A stretch of DNA of 64,000 nt, taken from the IMG/VR virus record IMGVR_UViG_3300035696_000014, positions 1 through 64,000 of that record; one strand, given 5' to 3'. This stretch comes from a virus. Both the position numbers and the translations under genes were made by a program. Numbering within the stretch: the stretch's first letter is position 1; each line of letters starts with the position of its first letter. Positions 16,123 through 26,014 of this stretch are shown here, one piece after another. The notes below the pieces were generated by a model, which did not search any database, had not been told where the DNA came from, and worked only from the letters and a program-made list of their open reading frames with translations.

Positions 16123-19100
16123 ATGAGGGTCAGGCTTAGCGTCCTGAAGGAATACTTCTCCTTCCTGCTGGTTGAGGGTAGGGTCGACGACGCCCGTGAG
16201 AAGTTCCCGGACATCGAGGAAGACGACTGGCAACAGCTCGTCGCCAACCAGCCCGCAGGCTCCAACAACAAGTACCTGATGTGGGGCGCCGGCCAGGTCG
16301 ACGACGGGTTCTCTGTCGAGGTCGTGGTCCAGGTCATCCGCCTGTTCGACGGGCACGTCCACCGCCTGAAGCAGAAGGACATCAACCAGTACAAGGACGT
16401 CGGTGAGATCGAGAAGGCCGTCGACGAGCTGGGCGAGAAGAAGACCAAGAGCCAGGTCGCCAAGCAGGCCCGGGCTGACACCGACACCATCTACAACGAC
16501 GACCACTGGCTCGTTGTCCGGCCCCACACCACCGAGTCGTCACAGAAGTACGGAGTCGGCACCCGCTGGTGCATCGCCGCGACCGCGTCCCGCAACTACT
16601 ACAAGTCGTACTCGGAGAGCAACAACAAGTTCTACTTCGTCATCGACAAGAAGCAGCTGGACTCCAAGACGCCGTCGTCGAAGTACGCCCTCGCCATCAT
16701 CTCGGCGGGCCAGTCGGCCACGGGCGATCGCATCCAGGTCTACGATGCCAGCGACAAGCTGGTCAGCATGAAGACCGTCGCCGACCACGTCGGTGACAAG
16801 TGGCCCGAGATCTGGAAGAAGATCGAGGCCCACGTCAAGGCCAACCCGATTACCCGCGAGGTCGAGGAAGCCCAGAAGGCTGTCGACGAGCACGTCCAGG
16901 CCCTGATGAAGGGCGACAAGGTCAGCGAGACGGGCCTCCAACAGATCGCTTCGAAGGGCAAGCTGACGACCGATGTAGTCAAGGCCCTGATCGCCAAGTT
17001 CGACGACTACCCGGCTCCCCGTGACTGGTACCAAGACAAGCGCTCCAACATCATGAGCGCGTTGTCGGACCGCTCCGACCAGCTGCAACCTGAGGCCGCG
17101 TTGGCCGTGATGAAGTGGATCGCCAGCGCCCGCCCCGAGGGTGGCAGCTATTGGAGCGGCAACTACTACCTCGAACGGATGATGACCAACGCCAACCTGC
17201 CGCCCGAGGGCTTCGCAGAGCTGGCAGCCACCGGAGACGAGACGATCCTGGCCCGTCTCTTCACCAACCCGTCGTGCCCCGAGGAGGTCAAGAAGAAGAT
17301 CGCCGAAGCCGTCGCCAAGTTCAAGAGCGCCGAGGCCGCCCGTCAGGTGTACTGGGAGCTCATCAAGTCAGGCAACATCACCGACGAGCAGTTCAAGCAG
17401 GCGATGCAGAAGGACGCCGGCGAGCGCAGCGGCTACGGCACCGTCACCGACATGATCCTCAACCACCCGGAGGAAGTGCGGCTGAAGCCCGAGATGATCC
17501 GCCAGCTCCAGGTCAAGGACGCCCACCAGCTCCAGCAGTTCATGAAGCTGCCCAACGTCCCGAGCGACGCGATGGTCGCTGCCCTGACAACGCTGATGCG
17601 CAATAAGGGCCTGAAGAAGTACGACCTCTACCAGACGCTGCGGACTGTCAACCTGACGACCGAAGACATCGAGTCGCTGTGGTCGAACAACAAGGACGCT
17701 GAGGCCCGGACCGCGATGCTGCAGAACCCGGCCATCGGTGCTGGGAACGCTGCGAAGTTCGCCAAGAGCAAGAACAGCGCGTACCGCTTCGCCATCGCCC
17801 ACAACCCGGTGACCCCGCCCGCTGCCCTCGAGGGGCTATCGACCGACGAGTCGGTGTCGACCCGTGCTGCGGTCGCTGCCAACACCAACACCCCGGCTGA
17901 GACCCTCACTCGCCTGGCTGGTGACGAAGCCACCGCCGTCCGCGCCAGCGTTGCCAGCAACGACAAGGCACCCCGTGACATCCTGGATGCTCTGAAGCGT
18001 GACAGCGATGAGTTCATCCGCAAGGCCGCAAGGAAGACCCTGAAAGCTCTGTCGGCTGTTGTCGCCACCGAGGCCCTGCTCCGGTCGATGAACAACCTGA
18101 TGCTGATCGAGGTCCTGAACGAGGCGATGGACGATGACTCCACACCCGACATCATGAACCCGAGCTGGCGTGACCTGCCTGCACGGTCGGTCGACGTCCA
18201 CGAGTTCATCGCCGTCTACCTGCTGCAGAACAACGGCCACGCGACCCGTGAAGAGATCGGCGATGCCTTCCAGGACTGGATGGGTTCTGGTGGCTCCAAG
18301 GAGCTGTGGCAGACCAACCGCTACACCCAGGAGATCTACCGTGGGTCGACCTCGGGTGGCAAAGGCTGGTACTGGTCGCCTCCCGGCATCAACAAGGGTG
18401 CCCTGTTCAGGCTGACCCCGTCGGGCGCCAGCGCTGCGTTGGAGGTCCTGCAGCGGCACAAGGGCTACGGCGAGCGCCCCGAAGCGACGGTCACCTCGGC
18501 CACGGCAAGGCCCGGCAAGACCTACTACACCCCCGAGCTCCGTGATGCTCTCGACATCACCGGCTACGAGAAGGGTGAGATCGACATGGAGGAGGTTGAG
18601 GTCGACCGCAACGGCAACCCGTTGAAGGTCAACGGCAAGTACCAGAAGCTCAACCCGGAACGCTCGCGGCGCATGAAGCGCCTGCACCCGGGCACCAAGA
18701 TGTACAAGATCACCATGCCCAGCGGCGAGGTCAAGGTGCTCAAGGAGCTGCCCAAGGTCCAGCTGCCTGGCAACTCGGCCGTCGTCTTCGTCAAGAACCT
18801 CTACGGCCTGGCCAAGGGCGCCAGCAGCTACAACCGCGAGTCAAACCGTGCCGTCGTCAAGCACGGTGACAGGTTCCTCGTCGTCAACTACCCGCTGTGG
18901 GCCGCAGAGGGCGGGCACACTCCTGCTTCCAAGGAGAAGAACGTGCCACCGCCTGTCAAGAAGTCGTCACCCGCAAGTGCAGAACCCACCCGTGCCGCCG
19001 GAGCCGCTCGTCCGACGGGTCCGAAGGTCTCCTACAAGATCTACGGTCGCAAGGCCGGCAAACCCGCCCACACCAGGCTGAAGGGCCAGGCCTACGGCGC

Positions 19101-19224
19101 TCCGGCCGACACGCAGTTCACGCCAGGCGAGCTCGCGGTGCTCCAAGCGACAGACGACAACAAGCTGAAGGTCAAGAAGATCCAGGGTGACCACGAACAG
19201 ACGTGGGATCCCGTCGAGGGCTGA
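16123..19224 (+). CDS. Large multidomain probable virion protein with LRV/HEAT-like repeats
   Basis: 1033 aa; repeats such as LSTDESVSTRAAVAANTNTP. Confidence 0.75.
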   Translation: MRVRLSVLKEYFSFLLVEGRVDDAREKFPDIEEDDWQQLVANQPAGSNNKYLMWGAGQVDDGFSVEVVVQVIRLFDGHVHRLKQKDINQYKDVGEIEKAVDELGEKKTKSQVAKQARADTDTIYNDDHWLVVRPHTTESSQKYGVGTRWCIAATASRNYYKSYSESNNKFYFVIDKKQLDSKTPSSKYALAIISAGQSATGDRIQVYDASDKLVSMKTVADHVGDKWPEIWKKIEAHVKANPITREVEEAQKAVDEHVQALMKGDKVSETGLQQIASKGKLTTDVVKALIAKFDDYPAPRDWYQDKRSNIMSALSDRSDQLQPEAALAVMKWIASARPEGGSYWSGNYYLERMMTNANLPPEGFAELAATGDETILARLFTNPSCPEEVKKKIAEAVAKFKSAEAARQVYWELIKSGNITDEQFKQAMQKDAGERSGYGTVTDMILNHPEEVRLKPEMIRQLQVKDAHQLQQFMKLPNVPSDAMVAALTTLMRNKGLKKYDLYQTLRTVNLTTEDIESLWSNNKDAEARTAMLQNPAIGAGNAAKFAKSKNSAYRFAIAHNPVTPPAALEGLSTDESVSTRAAVAANTNTPAETLTRLAGDEATAVRASVASNDKAPRDILDALKRDSDEFIRKAARKTLKALSAVVATEALLRSMNNLMLIEVLNEAMDDDSTPDIMNPSWRDLPARSVDVHEFIAVYLLQNNGHATREEIGDAFQDWMGSGGSKELWQTNRYTQEIYRGSTSGGKGWYWSPPGINKGALFRLTPSGASAALEVLQRHKGYGERPEATVTSATARPGKTYYTPELRDALDITGYEKGEIDMEEVEVDRNGNPLKVNGKYQKLNPERSRRMKRLHPGTKMYKITMPSGEVKVLKELPKVQLPGNSAVVFVKNLYGLAKGASSYNRESNRAVVKHGDRFLVVNYPLWAAEGGHTPASKEKNVPPPVKKSSPASAEPTRAAGAARPTGPKVSYKIYGRKAGKPAHTRLKGQAYGAPADTQFTPGELAVLQATDDNKLKVKKIQGDHEQTWDPVEG

Positions 19225-19227
19225 CCC

Positions 19228-20232
19228 GTGCTGCTGGCGGTGTCACAGCTGCGCCACCTCATCTGGTGCGGTCTGACTGAGGGTGGCCTGAAGCTGCCCC
19301 CACATGAACGTGTCGACCTGACTCCCAAGCTGGTCAAACAGGCTGTTGAAACCTACGAGGGCTTTCTCAAGGGTTGGAACACCTGGCTCCAGAGACGTGG
19401 CCATGAGCCCGTCAAACCGATGGGCCCATCTGGCTCATCGACCCATGCACACCGTGACATCGTCGACAAGCCTGAGATGATCTACGGCGACGTTGACTAC
19501 CTGGTGTCGATCCCGGTCAGCTACGACACCGAGGAGCTGACCGATCAACGCAAGGCCGATGCTGCTTCCGAGCGGGACTATGAAGCCCTGTTGGTGCAGT
19601 ACCTGAAGACGACGCCCGCTCACGTTGACGTGGCCCTAACCCTGAAGGGTGCCCCCACTCAGGTCGTCATCAGGCTGCCCGGTGGCGAGGCCGTCCAGGT
19701 CGATACCGTCATGACACATCCAGAGCACGCTGACTGGATGAAGGGACGCTACACCCCTGAACGTGGCATCAAGGGCTACGTCAGCGGCAACCTCTACAAG
19801 GCCTTGGGCGATGCCCTGACCCTCAACATCGGCACCGAGGGCGTGTTGGCCCGGATGAAGGGTGACCAACGCGTCGCCAGCAACGTCAGGTCCGGCGTCA
19901 GCTTCAAGCGGGTCTCCAACAACTTCAGGACCTTCCTGCTGGACATCGCCCAATACCTGGGTGCCACCGACATCGACCCGATGCTGGAGGAACATCCCGG
20001 CCTGGACCCTGAGGCCATCAACATCGATGACCTGGCGATGGGTATCGTTGGCCTGGCCCGGACCCTGGACGAGCCCGACCTGTTGGACCGAGTGCTGGCG
20101 GGCTTCCAAGCGGGCCTCGAGAGCAACGTCGACAAGAAGGCCTCACGCGACCTGTCGCCCGACAAGCTGGCGAAGCTGCGCAAGCTCAACAAGGACCAGT
20201 ACGAACGGGTCCGGAAGATCTTCAGGTCCTGA
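19228..20232 (+). CDS. Pol-beta-superfamily nucleotidyltransferase with virion-type leader
   Basis: GS...GDVDYLV...VQVD; N-terminal SQLRHLI...LTEG. Confidence 0.6.
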   Translation: MLLAVSQLRHLIWCGLTEGGLKLPPHERVDLTPKLVKQAVETYEGFLKGWNTWLQRRGHEPVKPMGPSGSSTHAHRDIVDKPEMIYGDVDYLVSIPVSYDTEELTDQRKADAASERDYEALLVQYLKTTPAHVDVALTLKGAPTQVVIRLPGGEAVQVDTVMTHPEHADWMKGRYTPERGIKGYVSGNLYKALGDALTLNIGTEGVLARMKGDQRVASNVRSGVSFKRVSNNFRTFLLDIAQYLGATDIDPMLEEHPGLDPEAINIDDLAMGIVGLARTLDEPDLLDRVLAGFQAGLESNVDKKASRDLSPDKLAKLRKLNKDQYERVRKIFRS

Positions 20233-20312
20233 TCAGTCGCAGTCAGTGTCAGCGGACGCCTGGTTCGACACGTTGATGACGACGGCTCCGTCGGAGCTGA
20301 TGCCCTGGCTCA

Positions 20313-20570
20313 TCACCACTCTCCGGGCTGGCAATGACCATGCATGATGATGTGGAACGCGCCTCGCCTGTCAGCACTGTGTTCCATGCACCAGTTCTGC
20401 CTGCACGTTGCGCACTGTGAGTGGGGCTTGACATCCTTGAACAGGGTCTTGCAGTCGGGACACGATCTGCAGTCACGGCAAGTGCCGGGGTCAGAGTGCC
20501 ACACTTTCGGGTCGAACGCTAGGTAGGGCTTGCCACAGCCTGGGCACGGGTACGGGCCAGTGTCAGTCAC
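20313..20570 (-). CDS. Cys-rich small protein
   Basis: Multiple CxxC. Confidence 0.45.
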   Translation of the reverse strand: MTDTGPYPCPGCGKPYLAFDPKVWHSDPGTCRDCRSCPDCKTLFKDVKPHSQCATCRQNWCMEHSADRRGAFHIIMHGHCQPGEW

Positions 20571-20926
20571 GGCGTCCCCTTCAGTTGTTTGTCGAGGTCG
20601 ACCTGCTTGACGTCGGCACCGTAGCCGTCAACGTGGCACTTCACCCCGTGGTCGATCCACCACTGTGCGGTGACCCGGTTCTTGAAGTGCTCGAGGCATT
20701 CCCAATTGATCGACCTGACGTCAGTGATCGGGATGATGAAGCTCTTGTACCTCGAGTCGGGCCATTCAGTCGGCCCGTCTGGGCAGTAGATCTCGACAGC
20801 GAGCTGGGGCATGTCAGCCGGTTTCCCATCGACCACCACCCAACTGCGGGGGCTCGCGTACAGTCCCCACACCGTTGCCGTCCGGGTCTGCCCCTTGTAG
20901 CTCACGAATGCCTTGGGCCAGCTCAT
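20567..20926 (-). CDS. Hypothetical protein
   Basis: Start MSWPK coupled to the dnaE stop. Confidence 0.55.
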   Translation of the reverse strand: MSWPKAFVSYKGQTRTATVWGLYASPRSWVVVDGKPADMPQLAVEIYCPDGPTEWPDSRYKSFIIPITDVRSINWECLEHFKNRVTAQWWIDHGVKCHVDGYGADVKQVDLDKQLKGTP

Positions 20927-23900
20927 GCGATCTCCTTTACCTTGTTGCCGCTCGTCGCGAACCCGTAGTCGTCCCGTCGGACCTCGGCCGCCATCAGCTT
21001 GAAGGGCTCGTACAGTTCCTCTCGCCCCCACACGGTGAGGCGAACTGGCTTGCCCACCGGGCCCGTGACGAAGGCTTGGATGTACCCCTTCCCGTTGCGG
21101 GTCTTTTTCTGGATGCCAGCGGTGGGCTTCCCACCCTTCTTCCCCGCAGCCAGGACGGTGACGAACCAGCAGTACTTGTTCTCCCCGTAGTCGAGGTCCT
21201 CGATCGGGATGACTCCCATCCTGTCGAGCTTGTCGAGCAGGGCGGAGTCGAACATCTGGGTCACGTCGCTGGTGCCGAAGTAGAACGAGTAGAACTCGAC
21301 CTTCTCCCGCTTGGTCCACTCCTCGGCCGCCTCGGTGTCGGCCAGAGCCCGGGCCAGCTCGTAGAAGTTCTTCCGGCCCTCGTGCGGGTCCTTCTTGGAG
21401 GACTTGCGGATCAAGGCGGCGTGTTCGCGGAAGACGACCTTGGTGTCCTCGCTGCCCTTCTTGATGGGAACCTCCTCCTCGAAGCCGCCCATCAAGGTCT
21501 CATACATGTGGTGGTACGACTTGAAGACCTTGTCGGGTCCAATGCAGCCCACGGAGTCGAAGGCCCCCACCTTGATCAGGGCCTCCATCGCCTTCTTGTT
21601 GAACTTGCTGGGCCGCCAGGTGCCGTCCTCGTTCCACAGCAGGTCCTCGATGTTGTCGATGGGTCGCATCGACATCAGCTCCTCGACCGCAGTGTCACCG
21701 ACGCCCTTCACCGACGTCATGCTGGGCATCAGCTTCTTGCCGGGCAGCACCGTCCAGCCCAGGTTGGCATGGTTGATGTCGATCGGAACGATGGTGTACC
21801 CAAGAGCCCGAGCCTCACCGAACGCCTTGGCCCGCTTGACCGGCGTCTTCGAGTACGCCTCGAGGTAGGCGCTCATCCACTGTTCCTCGTAGTACGTCAT
21901 CAGCCAGGCGCACCAGAACGAGTCGATGGCGTACGCCACCGCGTGGGCCTTGTTGAAGCCGTAGCCGGCAAAGTAGAGGATCTTGTCGTAGAGGTTGTTA
22001 GCGACCTTGTCGGTGTAGCCGTTCTTGATGCAGCCCTGGACGAAGGAGTCGCGGGTCTCCTGTGCAGCCTTCTTCGCCGCTTCACCGCCGGAGATGCTGC
22101 GCTTCATGATGGCGCGGCGGACCTCGTCACACTTGTCCTTCGGGAAGCCGGCCACCTTCTCGGCCAGCTCCATGACCTGTTCCTGGAAGATGATGCAGGA
22201 GAACGTCTTCTTCAGGATGTCGTTGATGCGGTGATCGCCCCACTCCAGCTCCTTGCCCTCGTTCTTCGCCTCCAAGTAGAGCTTGTCAACGTGGGCCGCC
22301 AGGGGGCCAGGCCGGTAGATGCTGGTCAGGGTCGCGATGTCGATGATCGACTTCGGCTTGGCCTTGACGAACAGCCGCTGGGCGCCCTGGCTGGTGAGTT
22401 GGAAGATGCCACCCCACTTCGCCTTCTCGTAGACCTCGTAGGGCTTCGGGTCGTTGAAGTCGACTACGGACGGGTGCAGGTGCTCCTCGTACCACTGCTT
22501 GACGTGCTCGAAGTCGTGTGGCTTGCCCTCCTTGATGAGGATCAGCTCGATGGTCCGCTCGATCAGCCTCAAGGTCTCGAGGCCGAGCAGGTCGTACTTG
22601 ATGAACTCACCGATCTTCTCAAGGTGCTTGTAGTTGACGCCCTCGACCCAGGGCGACTGCGGTTCACGGCCGCCACCGTCCCCCTTCGATGTCACCAGCG
22701 GCATCTTGTTGGGCAGGTCATCAGCGATGAGGACGCCACCTGCATGGCGGCCCAGGCTCCGGTTCTGCTTGAACAGGATCTTGATGGACTCGGCCACCAC
22801 CGGGTTCTTCTCGATGAACGCCCGGAACGACGGGCTCACCGGCGTCTTGCAGTCAGGAGTGCAGCCCTGGCACACCGGTTTCGCGTTGGGTTCCTTGGCT
22901 TTGCAGCAGTGGAAGCCCATTGCCTCGTCGTAGGTGAGGACGAAGAGGTTCTTGTCGTCGCCCTCCTTCATCGTCGCCTTGCGGACCTCGTCCTCGACGG
23001 ACCGGGTCGCTGCGTTGGTCTCCTCGAAGGGCACCCCGTAGAACTTGCCGATGTCCTTCACCAGCGTCTTGAGCTTGAAGGTGTTGTAGTTGGAGATGGG
23101 AACGACGTTCTCCCAACCGAAGAAGCCCCGCAGCTGTTCCAACACCTTGTCCCGGTCGGCCAGGTCGGTGTCGATGTCGGGAGCACCCTTGCGGTAGACA
23201 CTGAGGAACCGGGCGAAGGGTAGGTCCCAGAACAACGGGTCCAAGTCGGTGATGTACAGCACGTAGGCGACCAACGAGCCGCCGCCAGAGCCGCGGCCGG
23301 GGCCACACAGGCACACCTTGCGTGCCAGCTCCATGATCTTCTGGTACGAGATGAAGTAGTCAGAGTTCTTCATCTGCTTGATGACACCGAGCTCCTCGGT
23401 GATACGGGCGATGTAGTCGGGCTTGTCGGCCAGACCACGCTTCTGCATCCCCTCCTTGCAGAGCTTGACGAGGTGGTTGAAGCTCGGCGTCCCCTCTGGG
23501 ATCAGCAGCTTGTTGGGGAACTTGGGCGACCGGTCAGGAGGCACCTCCCCGATGACCATGTGGGCGATGTCGTGGGTCCGCTCGATGGCGTCAGCGACCA
23601 GGTCGTCATCGTAGAAGTTGGTGTCCTCCTTCGACTTCAGGTACTCGTCCCACATCTGCCTGGCGTTTTTCGGGTAGAGCTCACACTTGAGCTCCTCCTT
23701 CGACTTGGACAGGGAGTCAGCGTTGATCGTCTGGTAGTTCATCCAGCCGAGCTTCTTGTAGAGCTCGCGGTCCTTCCAACGGTCGGGGTTGAAGTAGTGG
23801 GCATCACCGGTCACCACCAGCTGCTTGGTCTTGCCGTTGCGGCGACAGAACTCGATGATGGCACGGTTGACGAGGTTCTGGGCGGGCAACCGGTTGAACT

Positions 23901-24714
23901 GCAGCTCCAGGAAGTAGTTGCCCTCACCGACAGCACTGACCATCTGTTCGTAGACGTTGCCCACTGCGGCGACGCACCGTTCCAGCAGGACTGGGTCATC
24001 CAGCAGCTTCTCGGTGAACTGGTCGAATGAGACCTTCTGCATCTCCTGGAAGACTGCATAGGCAGGCATCCCACCGATGCAAGCCGAGGTGACGACGAGG
24101 TTGCCGTCCTTGCCCGCTTCATGGAGGATGTTCCAGTCCATGCGCGGGAACTTGTAGAAGCCGTTGAGGTACGCCTTGCTGGAGGCACCGAAGATCTGGA
24201 GCAGGCCCTTCTGGTTCTTCGGGAGGACCACCAGGTGGTGTCGCCGGTTGACCGGGTTGAAGTGCTTGGTCGACTTGGTCTCGTCCTCGTTCTCGACGGT
24301 GAGAGCGTTGGTCGTCTCGACCTCCTCGGTCTCGTCGTTCTGGTCCACGACAGCGACGACCTTGGTCGGCAGCTCCTCTTCCTTTTCTTTGAGCTTCTTT
24401 GCCGCTTTCTTGTCGAGCTTCGCTTGTTCAGCAGCGGCGTAGTCGCGCTTCCACTGCTCGAGGTCGGGGTGGTAGTACGCCTCGATGCCTGGGATGTACT
24501 TGAACTTCTTGTCCTTGTTGTTCTTGCCCCATTCCTCGATCCAGAGCTGGGCGTGAGCATAGGAGTTGAGGTTCCCGTGCTCAGTGATGGCATGGGCGTC
24601 GATGCCATTCTCCATGCAGTACTTGAAGTGCTCGTCCGGGTAGCCCAGGCCGTCGAACGGCGAGAACCCGGTGTGGTTGTGAAGGCCAACGAATCGGGAC
24701 GGGACTCTGCTCAT
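20923..24714 (-). CDS. dnaE: DNA polymerase III alpha subunit
   Basis: PHP domain (HNH, TEHG, GIEAY, GDAHY), GRGSGGGS, PDIDTD, KYDLLGL, GFNKAHA. Confidence 0.95.
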   Translation of the reverse strand: MSRVPSRFVGLHNHTGFSPFDGLGYPDEHFKYCMENGIDAHAITEHGNLNSYAHAQLWIEEWGKNNKDKKFKYIPGIEAYYHPDLEQWKRDYAAAEQAKLDKKAAKKLKEKEEELPTKVVAVVDQNDETEEVETTNALTVENEDETKSTKHFNPVNRRHHLVVLPKNQKGLLQIFGASSKAYLNGFYKFPRMDWNILHEAGKDGNLVVTSACIGGMPAYAVFQEMQKVSFDQFTEKLLDDPVLLERCVAAVGNVYEQMVSAVGEGNYFLELQFNRLPAQNLVNRAIIEFCRRNGKTKQLVVTGDAHYFNPDRWKDRELYKKLGWMNYQTINADSLSKSKEELKCELYPKNARQMWDEYLKSKEDTNFYDDDLVADAIERTHDIAHMVIGEVPPDRSPKFPNKLLIPEGTPSFNHLVKLCKEGMQKRGLADKPDYIARITEELGVIKQMKNSDYFISYQKIMELARKVCLCGPGRGSGGGSLVAYVLYITDLDPLFWDLPFARFLSVYRKGAPDIDTDLADRDKVLEQLRGFFGWENVVPISNYNTFKLKTLVKDIGKFYGVPFEETNAATRSVEDEVRKATMKEGDDKNLFVLTYDEAMGFHCCKAKEPNAKPVCQGCTPDCKTPVSPSFRAFIEKNPVVAESIKILFKQNRSLGRHAGGVLIADDLPNKMPLVTSKGDGGGREPQSPWVEGVNYKHLEKIGEFIKYDLLGLETLRLIERTIELILIKEGKPHDFEHVKQWYEEHLHPSVVDFNDPKPYEVYEKAKWGGIFQLTSQGAQRLFVKAKPKSIIDIATLTSIYRPGPLAAHVDKLYLEAKNEGKELEWGDHRINDILKKTFSCIIFQEQVMELAEKVAGFPKDKCDEVRRAIMKRSISGGEAAKKAAQETRDSFVQGCIKNGYTDKVANNLYDKILYFAGYGFNKAHAVAYAIDSFWCAWLMTYYEEQWMSAYLEAYSKTPVKRAKAFGEARALGYTIVPIDINHANLGWTVLPGKKLMPSMTSVKGVGDTAVEELMSMRPIDNIEDLLWNEDGTWRPSKFNKKAMEALIKVGAFDSVGCIGPDKVFKSYHHMYETLMGGFEEEVPIKKGSEDTKVVFREHAALIRKSSKKDPHEGRKNFYELARALADTEAAEEWTKREKVEFYSFYFGTSDVTQMFDSALLDKLDRMGVIPIEDLDYGENKYCWFVTVLAAGKKGGKPTAGIQKKTRNGKGYIQAFVTGPVGKPVRLTVWGREELYEPFKLMAAEVRRDDYGFATSGNKVKEIA

Positions 24715-25151
24715 GTGATGATCTGGTGCCTGTAGACGCCGCGCTTGATGGTACCGTCCGGGAGAACGATTGGCCTGATGTTTCTCTTCTCGAAAGTGCC
24801 AAGGCGGCGCACACCCTGGGCCGGGCAGTACTCGTAGACCAAGTACTTCTCCGCAGTGTCATCGTTGACGACGACGAAGCCACCGTCCTCCGGGATCGCT
24901 TTGATATTGACCCCGTCATCACGGTCGATGCCACCGTCCCAGTCCTTGCCCCTGAGACGCCGACGCTGGGCGACCCACTCCATGATCTCGCCGCGGAGGT
25001 AGAAGTCCATCGCCTCGACGGTGAAGCCCATGTAGGTGTGAGCCAGCTTCTCGTCGGCGTCGCGGCCCCCAGAGCGGAGGTTGGGTTGCGTCTTCTGGGC
25101 CTCGTAGGCAACCATGTCCTTGATGCGGGGTGGGACTTTGTGCCAGCTCAT
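24711..25151 (-). CDS. Hypothetical protein, possible PD-(D/E)xK nuclease
   Basis: DGGID...VNIKA. Confidence 0.4.
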   Translation of the reverse strand: MSWHKVPPRIKDMVAYEAQKTQPNLRSGGRDADEKLAHTYMGFTVEAMDFYLRGEIMEWVAQRRRLRGKDWDGGIDRDDGVNIKAIPEDGGFVVVNDDTAEKYLVYEYCPAQGVRRLGTFEKRNIRPIVLPDGTIKRGVYRHQIIT

Positions 25152-25354
25152 GCTTTCACCAACAGCTCGATGTCGAAGTCTTCTTCACGGACCTCATTGC
25201 CCGTGTCGAACCAGACGCAAGACACGGTGCAGACCCGGTCTCGATCGTGAGTCCGGTAAGCACTATCGTACCTCTTGTCGTCCACCTCTTTCACTGTCAT
25301 CTTGGGCCCTCCCGAAGCGAGCATGACAGTCTCACCTTTCGAGACGCGTGTCAT
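25148..25354 (-). CDS. YodC/DUF2158-like small protein
   Basis: GETVMLASGGPKMTV...CVWFD. Confidence 0.75.
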   Translation of the reverse strand: MTRVSKGETVMLASGGPKMTVKEVDDKRYDSAYRTHDRDRVCTVSCVWFDTGNEVREEDFDIELLVKA

Positions 25355-25593
25355 TCGTCCTCCTCTTCTTCGGGCTCTCCCCAGTCGCCCTCTTCGTAGT
25401 AACCCTGCTCACGCAGGATCCTGTCGAAGACTGGGTCCTGGCCATTGCACTCGGCCTGGGTGTCCCAGTCGTGCCCGTTGAACTCAGGCAGGATCGCGAG
25501 GTAGAACTTGCGACGTGCCTTGTCGTCCTTGATGTAGCGTTTCGCCGCGGTGATGACGGCAGTGAAGAGTGAAGAACCGCTTGCCCAGCCCAT
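25351..25593 (-). CDS. Hypothetical phage protein
   Basis: MGWASGSSLF start, 7 nt after a TACGAT box. Confidence 0.6.
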   Translation of the reverse strand: MGWASGSSLFTAVITAAKRYIKDDKARRKFYLAILPEFNGHDWDTQAECNGQDPVFDRILREQGYYEEGDWGEPEEEEDE

Positions 25594-25684
25594 GGCGCCA
25601 ATCGTACCATGGGCAGCTCGTCCTCTACACCTTAACGACGAATGGCCCGGTCAGGGCCATGTTCGTCTCAGCTGACGTTCGTGC

Positions 25685-25957
25685 TCAGGAGCCGGACGAT
25701 GCTTCCGCAGCCTCGAGACCGGGGAGCAGCAGGGCGACGCTGGTGACCACTGCGGTGACAAGGTCAGTGCCCGTCGTCACGCCACCGACGGCGGCGGCGA
25801 CCTGCGGGATGTCCAGGACGACGACAGGGAGAGCGACGGCGAGCCACTTGGGCAGCTTGGCCCACAGGGGCTGGACTGCGGTGAGCAGCTTGCTGGCTGC
25901 GAGCAGGCCTGCTGCGGCGTACGAGCAGACATCAACAAGGGTAGTACCAACTGACAT
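25685..25957 (-). CDS. Small membrane protein (possible holin)
   Basis: Three hydrophobic segments; ATAGTTA at 25976-25982 plus GGAGG SD. Confidence 0.55.
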   Translation of the reverse strand: MSVGTTLVDVCSYAAAGLLAASKLLTAVQPLWAKLPKWLAVALPVVVLDIPQVAAAVGGVTTGTDLVTAVVTSVALLLPGLEAAEASSGS

Positions 25958-26014
25958 GTGAAATCCTCCGACGGTTAACTATGGCCGTGTGAGCGATCTC
26001 GCCTCCCCCTCCCG

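Noticed and set aside
20875-23223. Long plus-strand ORFs such as 782 aa here, 227-1309, 36125-37591 and 61710-63518
   Set aside because: They are antisense shadows of well-supported minus-strand genes, expected with strong GC3 bias, and carry no motifs.
25642-25660. Hairpin ATGGCCC-GGTCA-GGGCCAT as an intrinsic terminator
   Set aside because: No U-tract on the transcribed strand, so it cannot be called confidently.
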